Origin: an uncultured Gammaproteobacteria bacterium
GTDB taxonomy: Bacteria > Patescibacteriota > Microgenomatia > UBA12405
Length of the DNA: 51,227 bases
Assembly: GCA_964549165.1 (NCBI GenBank)
Contig: CAZJUH010000001.1
Span: 140,566-191,792, forward strand
Reading direction: 5' to 3'
Each line of letters opens with the position of its first letter. The stretch's first letter is position 1. Shown in pieces: positions 1-9,566 of the stretch. The notes under the pieces are model-generated. The model was given only the letters and a program-made list of their open reading frames with translations, ran no database searches and was not told the origin of the DNA. The position numbers and the translations under genes were made by a program.

Positions 1-632
1 AAGACCATTTTATTCTTTCTGCCGGCCATCTTTGCCCTGCTTTTTACGCCGTTTTGGCTCGAAAAAATCTCATTCCTCGGTCTGAGCTTCTCACTTATGG
101 TCTTTTTTCTTCCCGACTTCAGGGTCATTCAAATTTAGATACCCCTGGGGTCGAATATGCCTCAGGAGCCCTTGGTCAGGGTCTATCTTTTGCCTCAGGT
201 CTAGCTCTTGGTGACAAAAGTCATCATACGGTCTGTCTGACTACTGACGGTGAACATAACGAAGGTCAAATTTGGGAAGCCATCGCCTTTGCCAGTAAAT
301 ATCATCAGGGCAATCTCATTAATATTGTTGACTCAAATGGCTATCAGCTCGGTGGTTCCACCGCTGAAATGATGCCCCTCGGTGAACTGGCGTCTAAATA
401 TCTTCATTTTGGCTGGACAGTCACTAGTGTCAATGGTCACAATTTTTATGAACTTGAAAAAGCCTTAAAGACGGCCAAATCATCATCTATTTATCCCGCC
501 TGTATTATTGCCAAAACCACTTTTGCCAAAGGTGTTTCCTTCATGGAAAATAAATTTGAATATCATGATGTTAAAAAATTACCTGAAGAAATTTATTTAA
601 ATGCCAAAAAAGAGCTGGAGGCCAATAAATGA
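1..632 (+). CDS. tkt: Transketolase N-terminal subunit (5' partial)
   Basis: Frame is open from the window edge (DHFILSAGHLCPAFYAVLA); RLQGH, GALGQGLS and ThDP-binding DGEHNEGQIWEA...N motifs. Confidence 0.93.
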   Translation, partial: DHFILSAGHLCPAFYAVLARKNLIPRSELLTYGLFSSRLQGHSNLDTPGVEYASGALGQGLSFASGLALGDKSHHTVCLTTDGEHNEGQIWEAIAFASKYHQGNLINIVDSNGYQLGGSTAEMMPLGELASKYLHFGWTVTSVNGHNFYELEKALKTAKSSSIYPACIIAKTTFAKGVSFMENKFEYHDVKKLPEEIYLNAKKELEANK

Positions 633-1609
633 AGATTGAAGATTGTAAATTTTCCGCCAAAGGCGGATCCGCCTCTGGCGGAAAGATTTCCTCAATCCGT
701 CAGGCTTTTGGCGAAACCTTATTTGATCTGGCTGTCAAAAACCCCAATATTTATGTGGTTAATATTGGTCTTCGTCCCTCACTTCACCTCGATAAATTTG
801 CTGCTCGTTTCAAAAGTCGTTTTATCGAGTGTGGTGTTGCCGAATCAAATGCTGCCGCCGTGGCTGCTGGTCTGTCTGCCTCAGGCAAAACTGTATTTTT
901 AACTTCTTTTGCTTGTTTTTCCCCAGCCTTAAACTGGGCCGTGATTAAGCAGTCAATTTGCTATAACCAGCAAAACGTCAAAATTGTCGGTTCTCACGCT
1001 GGTCTCATGAGCGGGGATCTTGGAGCCACCCATCAAATGCTTGAAGACATTGCTCTCATGCGCTGCTTACCCGGTATGGAAGTTTTTGCCCCTCTAGATG
1101 CCATCGAGATGAAAAAAATGCTCCCGGTTCTTGCCAGTAGCTCCCGCCCCGCCTATCTTCGTTTAGTTCGTCCTTCAACCATCGAAATTTATCCGCCTAA
1201 ATTATCCTTTACTATCGGCAAATCTCAGCTAATAAAATCAGGCCGTGACATTACCGTTCTTGGCTATGGTCCCATTTTGACTCAGCTATTTTCTGATGAT
1301 TTTAAGAAATTTTCTTTAGAGATAATCAATTGTTCTTCTCTTAAACCCCTCGATTCTGAGACAATATTAAAATCAATTAAAAAAACCGGTCGATGTCTTG
1401 TCGTTGAAGACCATCAAAAAAATGGCGGTCTTGGCGATGCTGTTTCAAATCTAATCCTAACATCAGGTATAAAATGTAAGTTTAAACATTTGGCGGTTGA
1501 TAATTCTTTTGGTCAATCAGCGACAAACTATTTTGATTTATATCACCATTATGGCCTTTCTCCTTTGGCTATCATTGAGTCTTTAAAAAAGTTATTATCT
1601 AAATCATGA
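629..1609 (+). CDS. tkt: Transketolase C-terminal subunit; N-terminus carries repeat-derived KIEDCKF-SAKGGSASGG-KI
   Basis: ECGVAE, GDLGATHQMLED and PAYLRL motifs; follows the N-terminal subunit with a 4-nt overlap. Confidence 0.92.
   Translation: MKIEDCKFSAKGGSASGGKISSIRQAFGETLFDLAVKNPNIYVVNIGLRPSLHLDKFAARFKSRFIECGVAESNAAAVAAGLSASGKTVFLTSFACFSPALNWAVIKQSICYNQQNVKIVGSHAGLMSGDLGATHQMLEDIALMRCLPGMEVFAPLDAIEMKKMLPVLASSSRPAYLRLVRPSTIEIYPPKLSFTIGKSQLIKSGRDITVLGYGPILTQLFSDDFKKFSLEIINCSSLKPLDSETILKSIKKTGRCLVVEDHQKNGGLGDAVSNLILTSGIKCKFKHLAVDNSFGQSATNYFDLYHHYGLSPLAIIESLKKLLSKS
631..651 (+). repeat. Heptamer array GAAGATT GAAGATT GTAAATT
   Basis: Read directly; same units recur at 3341-3403, 10153-10166 and 17978-17998. 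Confidence 0.9.
651..684. repeat. 34-bp near-perfect palindrome TTTCCGCCAAAGGCGGATCCGCCTCTGGCGGAAA inside the coding sequence
   Basis: Self-complementary about the central GGATCC with one mismatched pair (660/675); 666-684 is identical to 26170-26188. Confidence 0.92.
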
Positions 1610-2442
1610 TTCCTTTAAAAAAATTACTCTCAGAGTATCAACAAAAACATCAAGCCTTGCCTGCTTTTAATATCGATTCTTTTGAAATTTATCAAGCGGT
1701 CGAAATGGCTGTCTCAGAAATAAATCTTCCTTGCATTGTTCAACTTTCTCCCTCCGAAGACAAATTTATTCAGGCCGAAAGACTATTAATGCTTGTCAAA
1801 AAAGCCAATGGTGAGGGTTTACCGATTTATTTAAACATCGATCATGGCCATGATGTTCGTCGCCTTGAGTATTGTTTAAAAATTGGTTTTGACATGGTTC
1901 ATTTTGATGGTTCGAAAATGGACTATGATACCAATCTTGCGGCTACCAAATATTTTGTTAGCCACATGAAGGAAAAGTACCCAGACTCGCTTATAGAAGT
2001 TGAATTTAATCACATCAATTTGGTGGGGGCGACCCCTTCACTCGATTCTTTTACCAGTCCTTCGCAGGCCCAGTACTTTATGACCGAGACGGGTGCTGAT
2101 CTTTTTGCCTTATCTATTGGTAATTTACATGGTATTAATAATGATCTCCCCGAACATTTAAATATCAGTCTTCTTTCTGAAATTAAGGAGATTCTCGGCA
2201 CTACTTTTTTAACTCTTCACGGTGGTTCAGGTGTTCCTCTTGATCAAATCCAAAGTGCTATCAGTCTAGGAGTAGTCAAAATTAATATTAATACCAGTTT
2301 ACGTCTCAAATTTATTGAATCGCTTCGTCATCAGCTAACTCTGGGACACGGTGAAAAAATTTATGAATACCTTACTCCTGTCGTTGATGAGGTAAAAGAG
2401 GTCATTAAACAAAATTTAATAAGTTTCAACCAATATGTTTGA
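1606..2442 (+). CDS. fba: Class II fructose-bisphosphate aldolase
   Basis: ALPAFN, NIDHG, SIGNLHG, LTLHGGSG and KININT motifs. Confidence 0.93.
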   Translation: MIPLKKLLSEYQQKHQALPAFNIDSFEIYQAVEMAVSEINLPCIVQLSPSEDKFIQAERLLMLVKKANGEGLPIYLNIDHGHDVRRLEYCLKIGFDMVHFDGSKMDYDTNLAATKYFVSHMKEKYPDSLIEVEFNHINLVGATPSLDSFTSPSQAQYFMTETGADLFALSIGNLHGINNDLPEHLNISLLSEIKEILGTTFLTLHGGSGVPLDQIQSAISLGVVKININTSLRLKFIESLRHQLTLGHGEKIYEYLTPVVDEVKEVIKQNLISFNQYV

Positions 2443-3391
2443 TGTTATTTCTATTGGCGCTGCCACCGCTGATATTTTTATAAAATCTCCGGAGCTTCTT
2501 GAATCTAAGCGCTTTTTGTCCCTAAAAAGATCGAGTAAAAATGAAATTTCGGAGTCTCTAATTTGTAGTGGCGGAGGCGCCACCAATTCTGCTACCACCT
2601 TTTCTCGTTTAGGATTAAAAACAGCTCTCGTTTCCTTAATTGGAGAAGATCCTTTGTCTGAGTACATCAAGGCTGACTTAATTAAGGAAAAGATTAATCG
2701 TCATTTTTTAGTTGTCGGTAAAAAAGACCGTAGTGATTTTTCTTTAATCTTAGTTTCTTCAAATGGTACCCGCTCCATCTTAACCAGTCGGGGTTCAACT
2801 CGCCTTGAAAGTAAAAATATCCCCTGGGATAGATTAAAAACTAAATGGCTTTATCTCACCTCTCTTGAAGGTAATCTTCCCCTTCTTGAGGAATTAATTG
2901 GTTTTTCCAAAGAAAACAACATCAAAATTTCTTTTAATCCTGGCATGCGCGAATTAAAACAACGCCGTGAGCTTCTGCCTCTTTTAAAACACTTAGATTT
3001 TCTCTTACTCAATCGTCTGGAGGCCGAAATTTTAGCTGATACCAGTCATAAAAATTCTTCTTTTTACGATAAATTAAAATTATTTGCTCCTCTGATTGCC
3101 GTTACTAATGGTCGTTTGGGAGCCAAAATTTTGACATCCTCGCAGACTATTTTTTCTCCAATTATTAATACCCATCCCGAGGACGAAACTGGGGCCGGTG
3201 ATGCCTTTGGCTCCGCCTTCGTGGCCGCTTTGATGCAAAACTTTTCTTTAAACCAGTGTCTTTCTTGGGGGATTCAAAACTCCGCCTCGGTTGTTTCTGC
3301 TCTCGGAGCCAAGGCTGGTATATTATCTCTTTCCAAAATTGAAGATTGTAAATTGAAGATTGAAGATTGTAAATTGAAGATTGAAGATTGA
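2435..3391 (+). CDS. PfkB-family carbohydrate kinase with repeat-derived C-terminal tail
   Basis: GGGATNSA N-terminal motif and DETGAGDAFG anion-hole motif; ends SKIEDCKLKIEDCKLKIED. Confidence 0.9.
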   Translation: MFDVISIGAATADIFIKSPELLESKRFLSLKRSSKNEISESLICSGGGATNSATTFSRLGLKTALVSLIGEDPLSEYIKADLIKEKINRHFLVVGKKDRSDFSLILVSSNGTRSILTSRGSTRLESKNIPWDRLKTKWLYLTSLEGNLPLLEELIGFSKENNIKISFNPGMRELKQRRELLPLLKHLDFLLLNRLEAEILADTSHKNSSFYDKLKLFAPLIAVTNGRLGAKILTSSQTIFSPIINTHPEDETGAGDAFGSAFVAALMQNFSLNQCLSWGIQNSASVVSALGAKAGILSLSKIEDCKLKIEDCKLKIED

Positions 3392-3403
3392 AGATTGAAG
3401 ATT
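3334..3403 (+). repeat. Tandem heptamer array: nine GAAGATT/GTAAATT units plus one degenerate CAAAATT, spanning the pfkB stop codon
   Basis: Read directly: CAAAATT, GAAGATT, GTAAATT, GAAGATT x2, GTAAATT, GAAGATT x4. Confidence 0.95.
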
Positions 3404-3409
3404 AAATAT

Positions 3410-3982
3410 ATGTCTCTAAAATCAAATAAAAAACTTAAACAATTTCCCTCCCAGGAAGGTGAGCAGCTTGATCTCGTCGAAACTATTAATGATGTTGACA
3501 AATTAAGAAAAAAACGGACTTCAATTATTCTTTTTTTACTGCTTACGGTAGGCCTTAGCTTTTCTTTTTGGTTCTATCGGCAGTTTCAATCTTTTAATTT
3601 AAAGGAATTTAAGATGCCCAGTTTTTCTTTTTCGCTTTCAAAATTCTCTCCCAAAGTACCCGAAAACTGGTCACTTTTTGTCAGATCTGTCGGTGTCACT
3701 GATTTTTCCTATTCATCAAAATTTAATTCAACTCTCGATTTCAACTACCTTACCACTTCTCATGAACCTTCCTATGCCAAAAAATATTTACCCGAGGGGG
3801 TAAAAGTTATTGAAAAAATTAATAATAATCCTGAGTCTTTAGAAATATTTTCGCAGGTTTCTACCCCAAAAAATCAATTTGAAATATATACTAAAATTCC
3901 AGGGAAAATTAATCCAGATTCTCCAGAGATTGATTTTTTTTCGAAGCTTGTCGCCACTTTTTATTGGCATTTACTTAAATAG
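3410..3982 (+). CDS. Hypothetical single-pass membrane protein
   Basis: Long ORF with one hydrophobic helix (SIILFLLLTVGLSFSFWF); start moved from the TTG inside the repeat to ATG 3410. Confidence 0.7.
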   Translation: MSLKSNKKLKQFPSQEGEQLDLVETINDVDKLRKKRTSIILFLLLTVGLSFSFWFYRQFQSFNLKEFKMPSFSFSLSKFSPKVPENWSLFVRSVGVTDFSYSSKFNSTLDFNYLTTSHEPSYAKKYLPEGVKVIEKINNNPESLEIFSQVSTPKNQFEIYTKIPGKINPDSPEIDFFSKLVATFYWHLLK

Positions 3983-6095
3983 ATAAAATGGGAGTTGGGG
4001 TTGGTGAAAGACATTTAATTTTCTTTTCGTTACCATCATGAAACCACTCATTTTTACCACAAGCCTCAACTTTATATAAACCCGTTGGGGTTTCCCAGTT
4101 TTCATTATTTTTCTTATCGATTAAAGACTTTATGGTCCGATTCCAAATCGGGGTTGCTCCAGAAATTCCTGAGGCCACCCAGCTCATCGGTGAGCTGTCA
4201 TTGTTGCCTACCCACACCGCCACTAGATATGTTGGCGTCCAGCCAATACACCAGTTATCTTTGAGGCTATTGGTAGTTCCAGTTTTAACGGCTACTGTTT
4301 TGCCTTTTATCTGTAAAAGAGAATTGGTGCCAAAGATCGGGGCTCTGGCCTGATTATCACTCAAGGCGCTATTTATCAAAAAAGTATCAATTTCGGAGGC
4401 AATTTTTTTCTTTTTAATTTCTTTTTTATAAATGTTTTCTCCCAGATAATTATCAATTCGTATAATTGGATTGACTTCAACCTTATCTCCTAAATTAGCA
4501 AAGACACTATAAGCTCCGGCCATCTCAATTATTTTTACTTCTCCGGCTCCGAGGGCCAAAGACAGGCCAAAGCGGGATCTATCAGACCAGGTACTAATTC
4601 CCAAATCCTGCGCCAAATCAATCATTTTGTCCACTCCATTTTCATTCAGTAGTTTCACTGAGGGGATATTTAGTGAAGATGCCAGTGCCGTTCTCAGTGT
4701 TACCATCCCCAGATATTTTCCAGTGTAGTTTTGTGGGGTATAATCTTTTTGGCCGGCTATTTTATATCTTACTGGCTTATCTTCAATCGTATCCCAGAGA
4801 TTTTTTCCTCTTTTTAAGGCCAGCAAATAATTAATTGGTTTTATTGAAGATCCGGGTTGTCGAAGTGCCTGAGTAGCCACATCAAACTTCCCGTCAATAT
4901 CAGTCGCAAAATAATCTTTTGAACCGACTAGAGCCAAAATATCGCCTGTTTTTACATCTAAAACGACACTGGCTCCATTGCTAATTTTTAATCTCTTCGC
5001 TTTGCCGACTTCTTCTTTGACAATTTTTTCTGCCTCCTTTTGAATTTCATAATCTAAACTAGTTATTACTCGAAGGCCCCTTCTACCCACCTCAGTAAAT
5101 CCGAGTTTTTCTAAATAATTTTTGACATAAAAAACGAAATGAGGTGCCAAAATATTTCTTTTTTCTTCAATAATTTTTATTTCTATCTGTTTTGTCATCT
5201 CTGCTTTTTCAAAATCTAAAAGTTTGGCTCCAACCATCTCATTTAAGACATGTTCTTGTCTTAATTTTGCTAGCTTATACCCCTCTTCATTAAAAGGGGA
5301 GTATGAACCGGGTGCTGCTGGCAATCCAGCCAGAAATGCTGCTTCTGCCAAATTTAAATCTTCGACTTTTTTCCCGAGATATCGACTAGCCGCTTCTGCC
5401 ACTCCATATATATTTCCCCCATAGGGAACTTGATTAAAATATCTTTCTAAAATTTCATTTTTACTCAGCTTACTTTCAAGCATTATCGCCAGTATGGCCT
5501 CCTTTATCTTTCTTTCCCAACTTTTTTCTCCATCAAAAAAAACGTTTTTTACTAATTGCTGACTGATGGTTGATCCTCCCCTAGGTTTTGTTTCACTGGT
5601 TTTTTTAAAATTATAAATAGCGGCCCGAGCTATCCCCCTCAGACTCAGACCGCGGTGTTGATAAAAATCTTTATCTTCTATGGCCAGGGTTGCCGAAACT
5701 AAATCTTGGGGGATTTGAGATAATTTTATCCAGCTTCTGTCTTCATTTTCGTGAAATTGATACAAAAGTTTTCCCTGACGGTCATAGACCTTTGTTGACA
5801 ATTGGGGGGGGTTATAAATTTCATTAATATTTGGTAAGTTATTGAATATTTTTTGGTATGTCCAGAGAAGTAAGCCAGTTATTAATAAAGTAAATAAAAA
5901 TAATGATGGATACTTCCAGTTAGGATTATTTTTTTTTCTATCTATTCTAATAATTCTATTTTTTTTGAGTTTAATATTTCTTACTTTCTTTCTTTTTTTT
6001 AGGCTATTTTTCTTAATTTTAAAACTAAAAAGCAATTTAAATATTTTTAATAAAGGTTTTCCAATAAAAATAAAAAAACTAATTATTTTCTTCAT
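3975..6095 (-). CDS. Bifunctional penicillin-binding protein (GT51 transglycosylase plus transpeptidase)
   Basis: EDKDFYQH, GGSTISQQLVKN, QPGSSIKP, SLNIP and KTGT motifs. Confidence 0.93.
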   Translation of the reverse strand: MKKIISFFIFIGKPLLKIFKLLFSFKIKKNSLKKRKKVRNIKLKKNRIIRIDRKKNNPNWKYPSLFLFTLLITGLLLWTYQKIFNNLPNINEIYNPPQLSTKVYDRQGKLLYQFHENEDRSWIKLSQIPQDLVSATLAIEDKDFYQHRGLSLRGIARAAIYNFKKTSETKPRGGSTISQQLVKNVFFDGEKSWERKIKEAILAIMLESKLSKNEILERYFNQVPYGGNIYGVAEAASRYLGKKVEDLNLAEAAFLAGLPAAPGSYSPFNEEGYKLAKLRQEHVLNEMVGAKLLDFEKAEMTKQIEIKIIEEKRNILAPHFVFYVKNYLEKLGFTEVGRRGLRVITSLDYEIQKEAEKIVKEEVGKAKRLKISNGASVVLDVKTGDILALVGSKDYFATDIDGKFDVATQALRQPGSSIKPINYLLALKRGKNLWDTIEDKPVRYKIAGQKDYTPQNYTGKYLGMVTLRTALASSLNIPSVKLLNENGVDKMIDLAQDLGISTWSDRSRFGLSLALGAGEVKIIEMAGAYSVFANLGDKVEVNPIIRIDNYLGENIYKKEIKKKKIASEIDTFLINSALSDNQARAPIFGTNSLLQIKGKTVAVKTGTTNSLKDNWCIGWTPTYLVAVWVGNNDSSPMSWVASGISGATPIWNRTIKSLIDKKNNENWETPTGLYKVEACGKNEWFHDGNEKKIKCLSPTPTPILSI

Positions 6096-8196
6096 CTTTT
6101 GGACAATCTAAACAGATCCATTCACCTGTGGCATCTTGGACACTCAGTCTACTTTGCCATTCCGCATTAGGATTATCTTCACCTTCTTTTACGATTTTAC
6201 TAGTCGTTTTGTCAATCAGAATATTGTTTTGCAGTGATATTCTTGATTTTGGCGTAAACTCTTTTTTGAAAAGTTCATTGTGTGAATCACAGCCTCCCTC
6301 AGGTGGCAATTGCCCCGTTAAATTACAGACATTCATTGTAATTACTCCAGCAGGTCGTGTAAAATTCTTTACCGCTTTATTTTCTAGCACCTTACTCATT
6401 ATTCGATTCCAAATCGGAGCCGCGCCCGTAGTTCCAGACACTAGATAACCCATTTCAGAATTATCATTATTTCCCACCCATACTGCTACGACATATTCCG
6501 GGGTAAATCCTATTGTCCAATTATCTCTCATGTCATTGGTTGTCCCGGTTTTAACTGCCACCTCGGGGTGGCCTTTAATATTTAGCATTGACCCTCTGCC
6601 AAACACCATACTTCTGGCGCCATCGTCTGACAGTATGTTAGAGATGATATAGCTAGTTTCTGGGGATAATACTCTTTCGCCGGGAAAATAATTATATTCT
6701 TCTAGAATTTCTCCTTTTTTATCAAGCACTTTCAAAATAGAAACTAAATTTTGTTTTATCCCCATGTTTGAAAAAACGCCAAAGGCGACGGCCATATCAG
6801 TCATATAGACATCGCCTCCACCGAGAGTTAGAGATAGTCCGTAGTTACTCGGGTCTTTAAAAGTGGAAATTCCCATGGCCGAAGCTGAGGCGACAAAACT
6901 TTTTACCTCGTTTATCTTGAGCATTTTTACGGCTGGAATATTTAAAGAATTACCGAGTGAATTTCTCAAAGTTTGCAATCCAAAATAGTTATAACCATAA
7001 TTTGTTGGACAATACGCTTTTTGATTTTCAATTTTAAAACAAGTAGCTTCATCATTAAAAACTGATGCCGCCGTAACCTTACCACTGTCTATCCCGACGG
7101 CGTAATTCAATGGTTTAATCGAAGATCCTGGTTGTTGAAGCGCCGTAGCGACATTATATTTACCGTCAATTTCACTATCAAAATAATCCTTTGACCCAAC
7201 CATAGCTAGTATTTGGCCACTTTTGCTTTCTGTGATTATGGCCGCCCCATTTCCCACTTTTTGTTTTTTGAGTTTCTCAATTTCCGTTGCTACTTGCTCC
7301 TGGGCATAGTTTTGTAAATCTAAATCAAGACTTGTCCAGACTTTCAGTCCTCCCTCGGTTACTTTTTGAATACCATATTTTTCGATTAGCAGTTCTCTGA
7401 CATAAAAGACAAAGTGAGGCGCATTAATTTCATTTTTATTAAGCTTATAATTTAATTTTTCATTTTTGGCTTTCTCATATTCGTCCTTACTAATATATTT
7501 GAGTTCCTCCATTCTTTTTAGTACCAGTTCTTGTCTGTTTTTGGCCGCATCTGGATGAGCAAAAGGAGAGTATTTAGTTGGCGATCCTGGCAAGCCGGCA
7601 ATTAAGGCCGCTTCTGCGAGACTCAAATTTTTTACATTTTTATCAAAAATTCCTTTCGCTGCTGACTCTACTCCCCACATAATTCCCCCATAGGGAGTTT
7701 GATTAAAATACATTTCCAAAATTTTATCCTTGCTATACATGATTTCAGTAATTATCGTTAGAAATGCCTCTTTAATTTTTCTTTTCCAGGTTCTCTCGGG
7801 GCTGAGTAATGCATTTTTTACCAGCTGCTGGGTTATGGTTGAGCCTCCCTGAAGTCTCTTTTGAAATATAGTTCGATATAAACCTCTAATTATTCCCTTA
7901 ATATCAAAACCGACGTGTTTATAAAAATTATTATCTTCTATGGCCAGAGTCGCCTTTATCATCTTGTCCGGGATATCGGCGAGAGTTACACTTGTTCTGT
8001 TTTTATCAGTATAGATTTCATAAAGCATTTTTCCGTTTCTGTCCATTATTTGTGAAGACTCAGCAAATTCGCCAGAGCCCAATTTTTTGGGATTAGGCAT
8101 GTCCTTGAGTAGTAAATATAGTAGTATTCCGGCAGCTACTATCAATAGTAGCCAATGCCACCTTTTTTGCCTAATTTTATTTTTTCTCAAACTCAT
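6079..8196 (-). CDS. Second bifunctional penicillin-binding protein (tandem paralog)
   Basis: EDNNFYKH, GGSTITQQLVKN, QPGSSIKP, SLNIP and KTGT motifs. Confidence 0.93.
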   Translation of the reverse strand: MSLRKNKIRQKRWHWLLLIVAAGILLYLLLKDMPNPKKLGSGEFAESSQIMDRNGKMLYEIYTDKNRTSVTLADIPDKMIKATLAIEDNNFYKHVGFDIKGIIRGLYRTIFQKRLQGGSTITQQLVKNALLSPERTWKRKIKEAFLTIITEIMYSKDKILEMYFNQTPYGGIMWGVESAAKGIFDKNVKNLSLAEAALIAGLPGSPTKYSPFAHPDAAKNRQELVLKRMEELKYISKDEYEKAKNEKLNYKLNKNEINAPHFVFYVRELLIEKYGIQKVTEGGLKVWTSLDLDLQNYAQEQVATEIEKLKKQKVGNGAAIITESKSGQILAMVGSKDYFDSEIDGKYNVATALQQPGSSIKPLNYAVGIDSGKVTAASVFNDEATCFKIENQKAYCPTNYGYNYFGLQTLRNSLGNSLNIPAVKMLKINEVKSFVASASAMGISTFKDPSNYGLSLTLGGGDVYMTDMAVAFGVFSNMGIKQNLVSILKVLDKKGEILEEYNYFPGERVLSPETSYIISNILSDDGARSMVFGRGSMLNIKGHPEVAVKTGTTNDMRDNWTIGFTPEYVVAVWVGNNDNSEMGYLVSGTTGAAPIWNRIMSKVLENKAVKNFTRPAGVITMNVCNLTGQLPPEGGCDSHNELFKKEFTPKSRISLQNNILIDKTTSKIVKEGEDNPNAEWQSRLSVQDATGEWICLDCPKDEENN

Positions 8197-8743
8197 TTAT
8201 TTTCTGCAAAAGTAACAAATATTTTTGCTCATCGATTTTATCATTTTTACCCATTTCTTCAATCATCTTTCCGTATACTTCAACCATTTTTTTTATTTGG
8301 TCTGTGAATTGACTTTTAATAATTTCCTTATTTTCTATTTTATTAATTAGCTTTTTGGCATCTTTTAATTTTTCTATTGCCCTTTCGTAGCTTTTCATGG
8401 CCAAATCATATTTTCCATTTTGTCCTAAAAGTCTGGCTTCAGAGACTTTTTTATCAGCGAGTATTAACAATATTTGAATTTTATTTTCCTCCCCAAAACT
8501 AAATTTTTGCCAGGTCCAGTCTCTAATTTCTTTTAGCCAGTAATATTTATTATCAAGTAGCACCCAACTTTGAGGCAATTTATAAATTTCAACCTTGTCA
8601 ATGACAACTATCTCAGTTCTGAGTTTACCCTCTCTTTCCTCTTTGTTCATCGTTTCCAGAGAGGCCCTTGAGATTGAAATCAGTAGCATTCCGCCTGCTC
8701 CGATTAATAAGATCAAAACTAAGAAGAAATTTATTATTTTCGT
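8177..8743 (-). CDS. DUF5667-like secreted or membrane-anchored protein; start uncertain (ACG 8743 or TTG 8716)
   Basis: N-terminal hydrophobic segment; LP...YYWLKEIRD...LADKKVSEA resembles DUF5667 by recall. Confidence 0.6.
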   Translation of the reverse strand, partial: TKIINFFLVLILLIGAGGMLLISISRASLETMNKEEREGKLRTEIVVIDKVEIYKLPQSWVLLDNKYYWLKEIRDWTWQKFSFGEENKIQILLILADKKVSEARLLGQNGKYDLAMKSYERAIEKLKDAKKLINKIENKEIIKSQFTDQIKKMVEVYGKMIEEMGKNDKIDEQKYLLLLQKINEFEKK

Positions 8744-8758
8744 ATTCTCTATTGTACC

Positions 8759-9523
8759 TTAACTATTTTTATGAAAAAATGCTTGCCCTAAATTAATATC
8801 ACTTTTTTCGGGCTTTTGTTTATTTATTATTTTCATATACAAACATTGTCCTTCAAAAAGAATTTTATTAATAATTATTTTAATTCTGCTGTTATTATTT
8901 TGTTTTTTGAATTTAGATTTTTTTATTTTTTTTCGATATTCATAGCCTGTCGCTAAATACTTTTTTACCCACAGGTTTTTTTTCAAAAATTTATTATAAG
9001 TACCGTTTTTTTCTATAATTACTTTCATCAGGATAAGGTCTGAGGCATTTTTAAAGCTTCTTTTTGAAGCAGGCATTTTTAGGTTATTTTCATCTAGCCA
9101 TAAATTAAAACAAAACTCATTGGCAACCTCTTTTTTCCCAAATTTTCGGTGAGGGATCCTATGCCAGCAAATAAAAAATCTTAAATATAAGCGCCACCAC
9201 CAAAGTTCATTTTTTCGAGTCACTATTAATAGATCAATATCTTCATTATCAAAAGCAAATTCTGCTGCCACTGATCCAGTGACTCCCACCATCAAAATAC
9301 CTCCCATTTTTTTTAAATATTTTTCAGTAAATAATTTTGCTTTATTAAATTTATTTTGCCAATCATTATGACTTATTTTCTTGTTACCTTTTCCCTTTAT
9401 CTCAGTAAATCGATGCCTTTTTTTTGAAATTAATCTTATAAATAACTGCTTATCATCAAGGTTTTGTCCGTATTTTTTCGCATAACTTTTCGTGTTATTA
9501 ATTGCCGTCTTTAGCTCGTCCAT
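8759..9523 (-). CDS. Putative nucleotidyltransferase (Pol beta superfamily-like)
   Basis: GVTGSVAA...EDIDLLIV matches the hG[GS]x9-13Dh[DE]h signature. Confidence 0.6.
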   Translation of the reverse strand: MDELKTAINNTKSYAKKYGQNLDDKQLFIRLISKKRHRFTEIKGKGNKKISHNDWQNKFNKAKLFTEKYLKKMGGILMVGVTGSVAAEFAFDNEDIDLLIVTRKNELWWWRLYLRFFICWHRIPHRKFGKKEVANEFCFNLWLDENNLKMPASKRSFKNASDLILMKVIIEKNGTYNKFLKKNLWVKKYLATGYEYRKKIKKSKFKKQNNNSRIKIIINKILFEGQCLYMKIINKQKPEKSDINLGQAFFHKNS

Positions 9524-9547
9524 TAACGTATTTTACCCTCTTATTGT

Positions 9548-9553
9548 TATAAT
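9548..9553 (+). promoter_or_regulatory. Extended -10 box (TG-N-TATAAT) upstream of the GT2 gene
   Basis: TGTTATAAT, 13 nt before ATG 9567. Confidence 0.55.
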
Positions 9554-9566
9554 ACCTAAGCCTCAA

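Noticed and set aside
3334-3403. Possible CRISPR array
   Set aside because: Units are contiguous 7-mers with no unique spacers, and there are no cas genes in the window.
3274-3501. Antisense ORF with (FNLQSSI)n
   Set aside because: It is the reverse reading of the heptamer array and pfkB end; no independent coding evidence.
3975-8196. Tandem PBP genes as a recent duplication or novel system
   Set aside because: They share only family motifs and are clearly diverged; paired class A PBPs are ordinary.
8881-8940. Lys/Asn-rich KKIKKSKFKKQNNNS stretch as another heptamer array
   Set aside because: Units are too degenerate to separate from A-rich codon bias.
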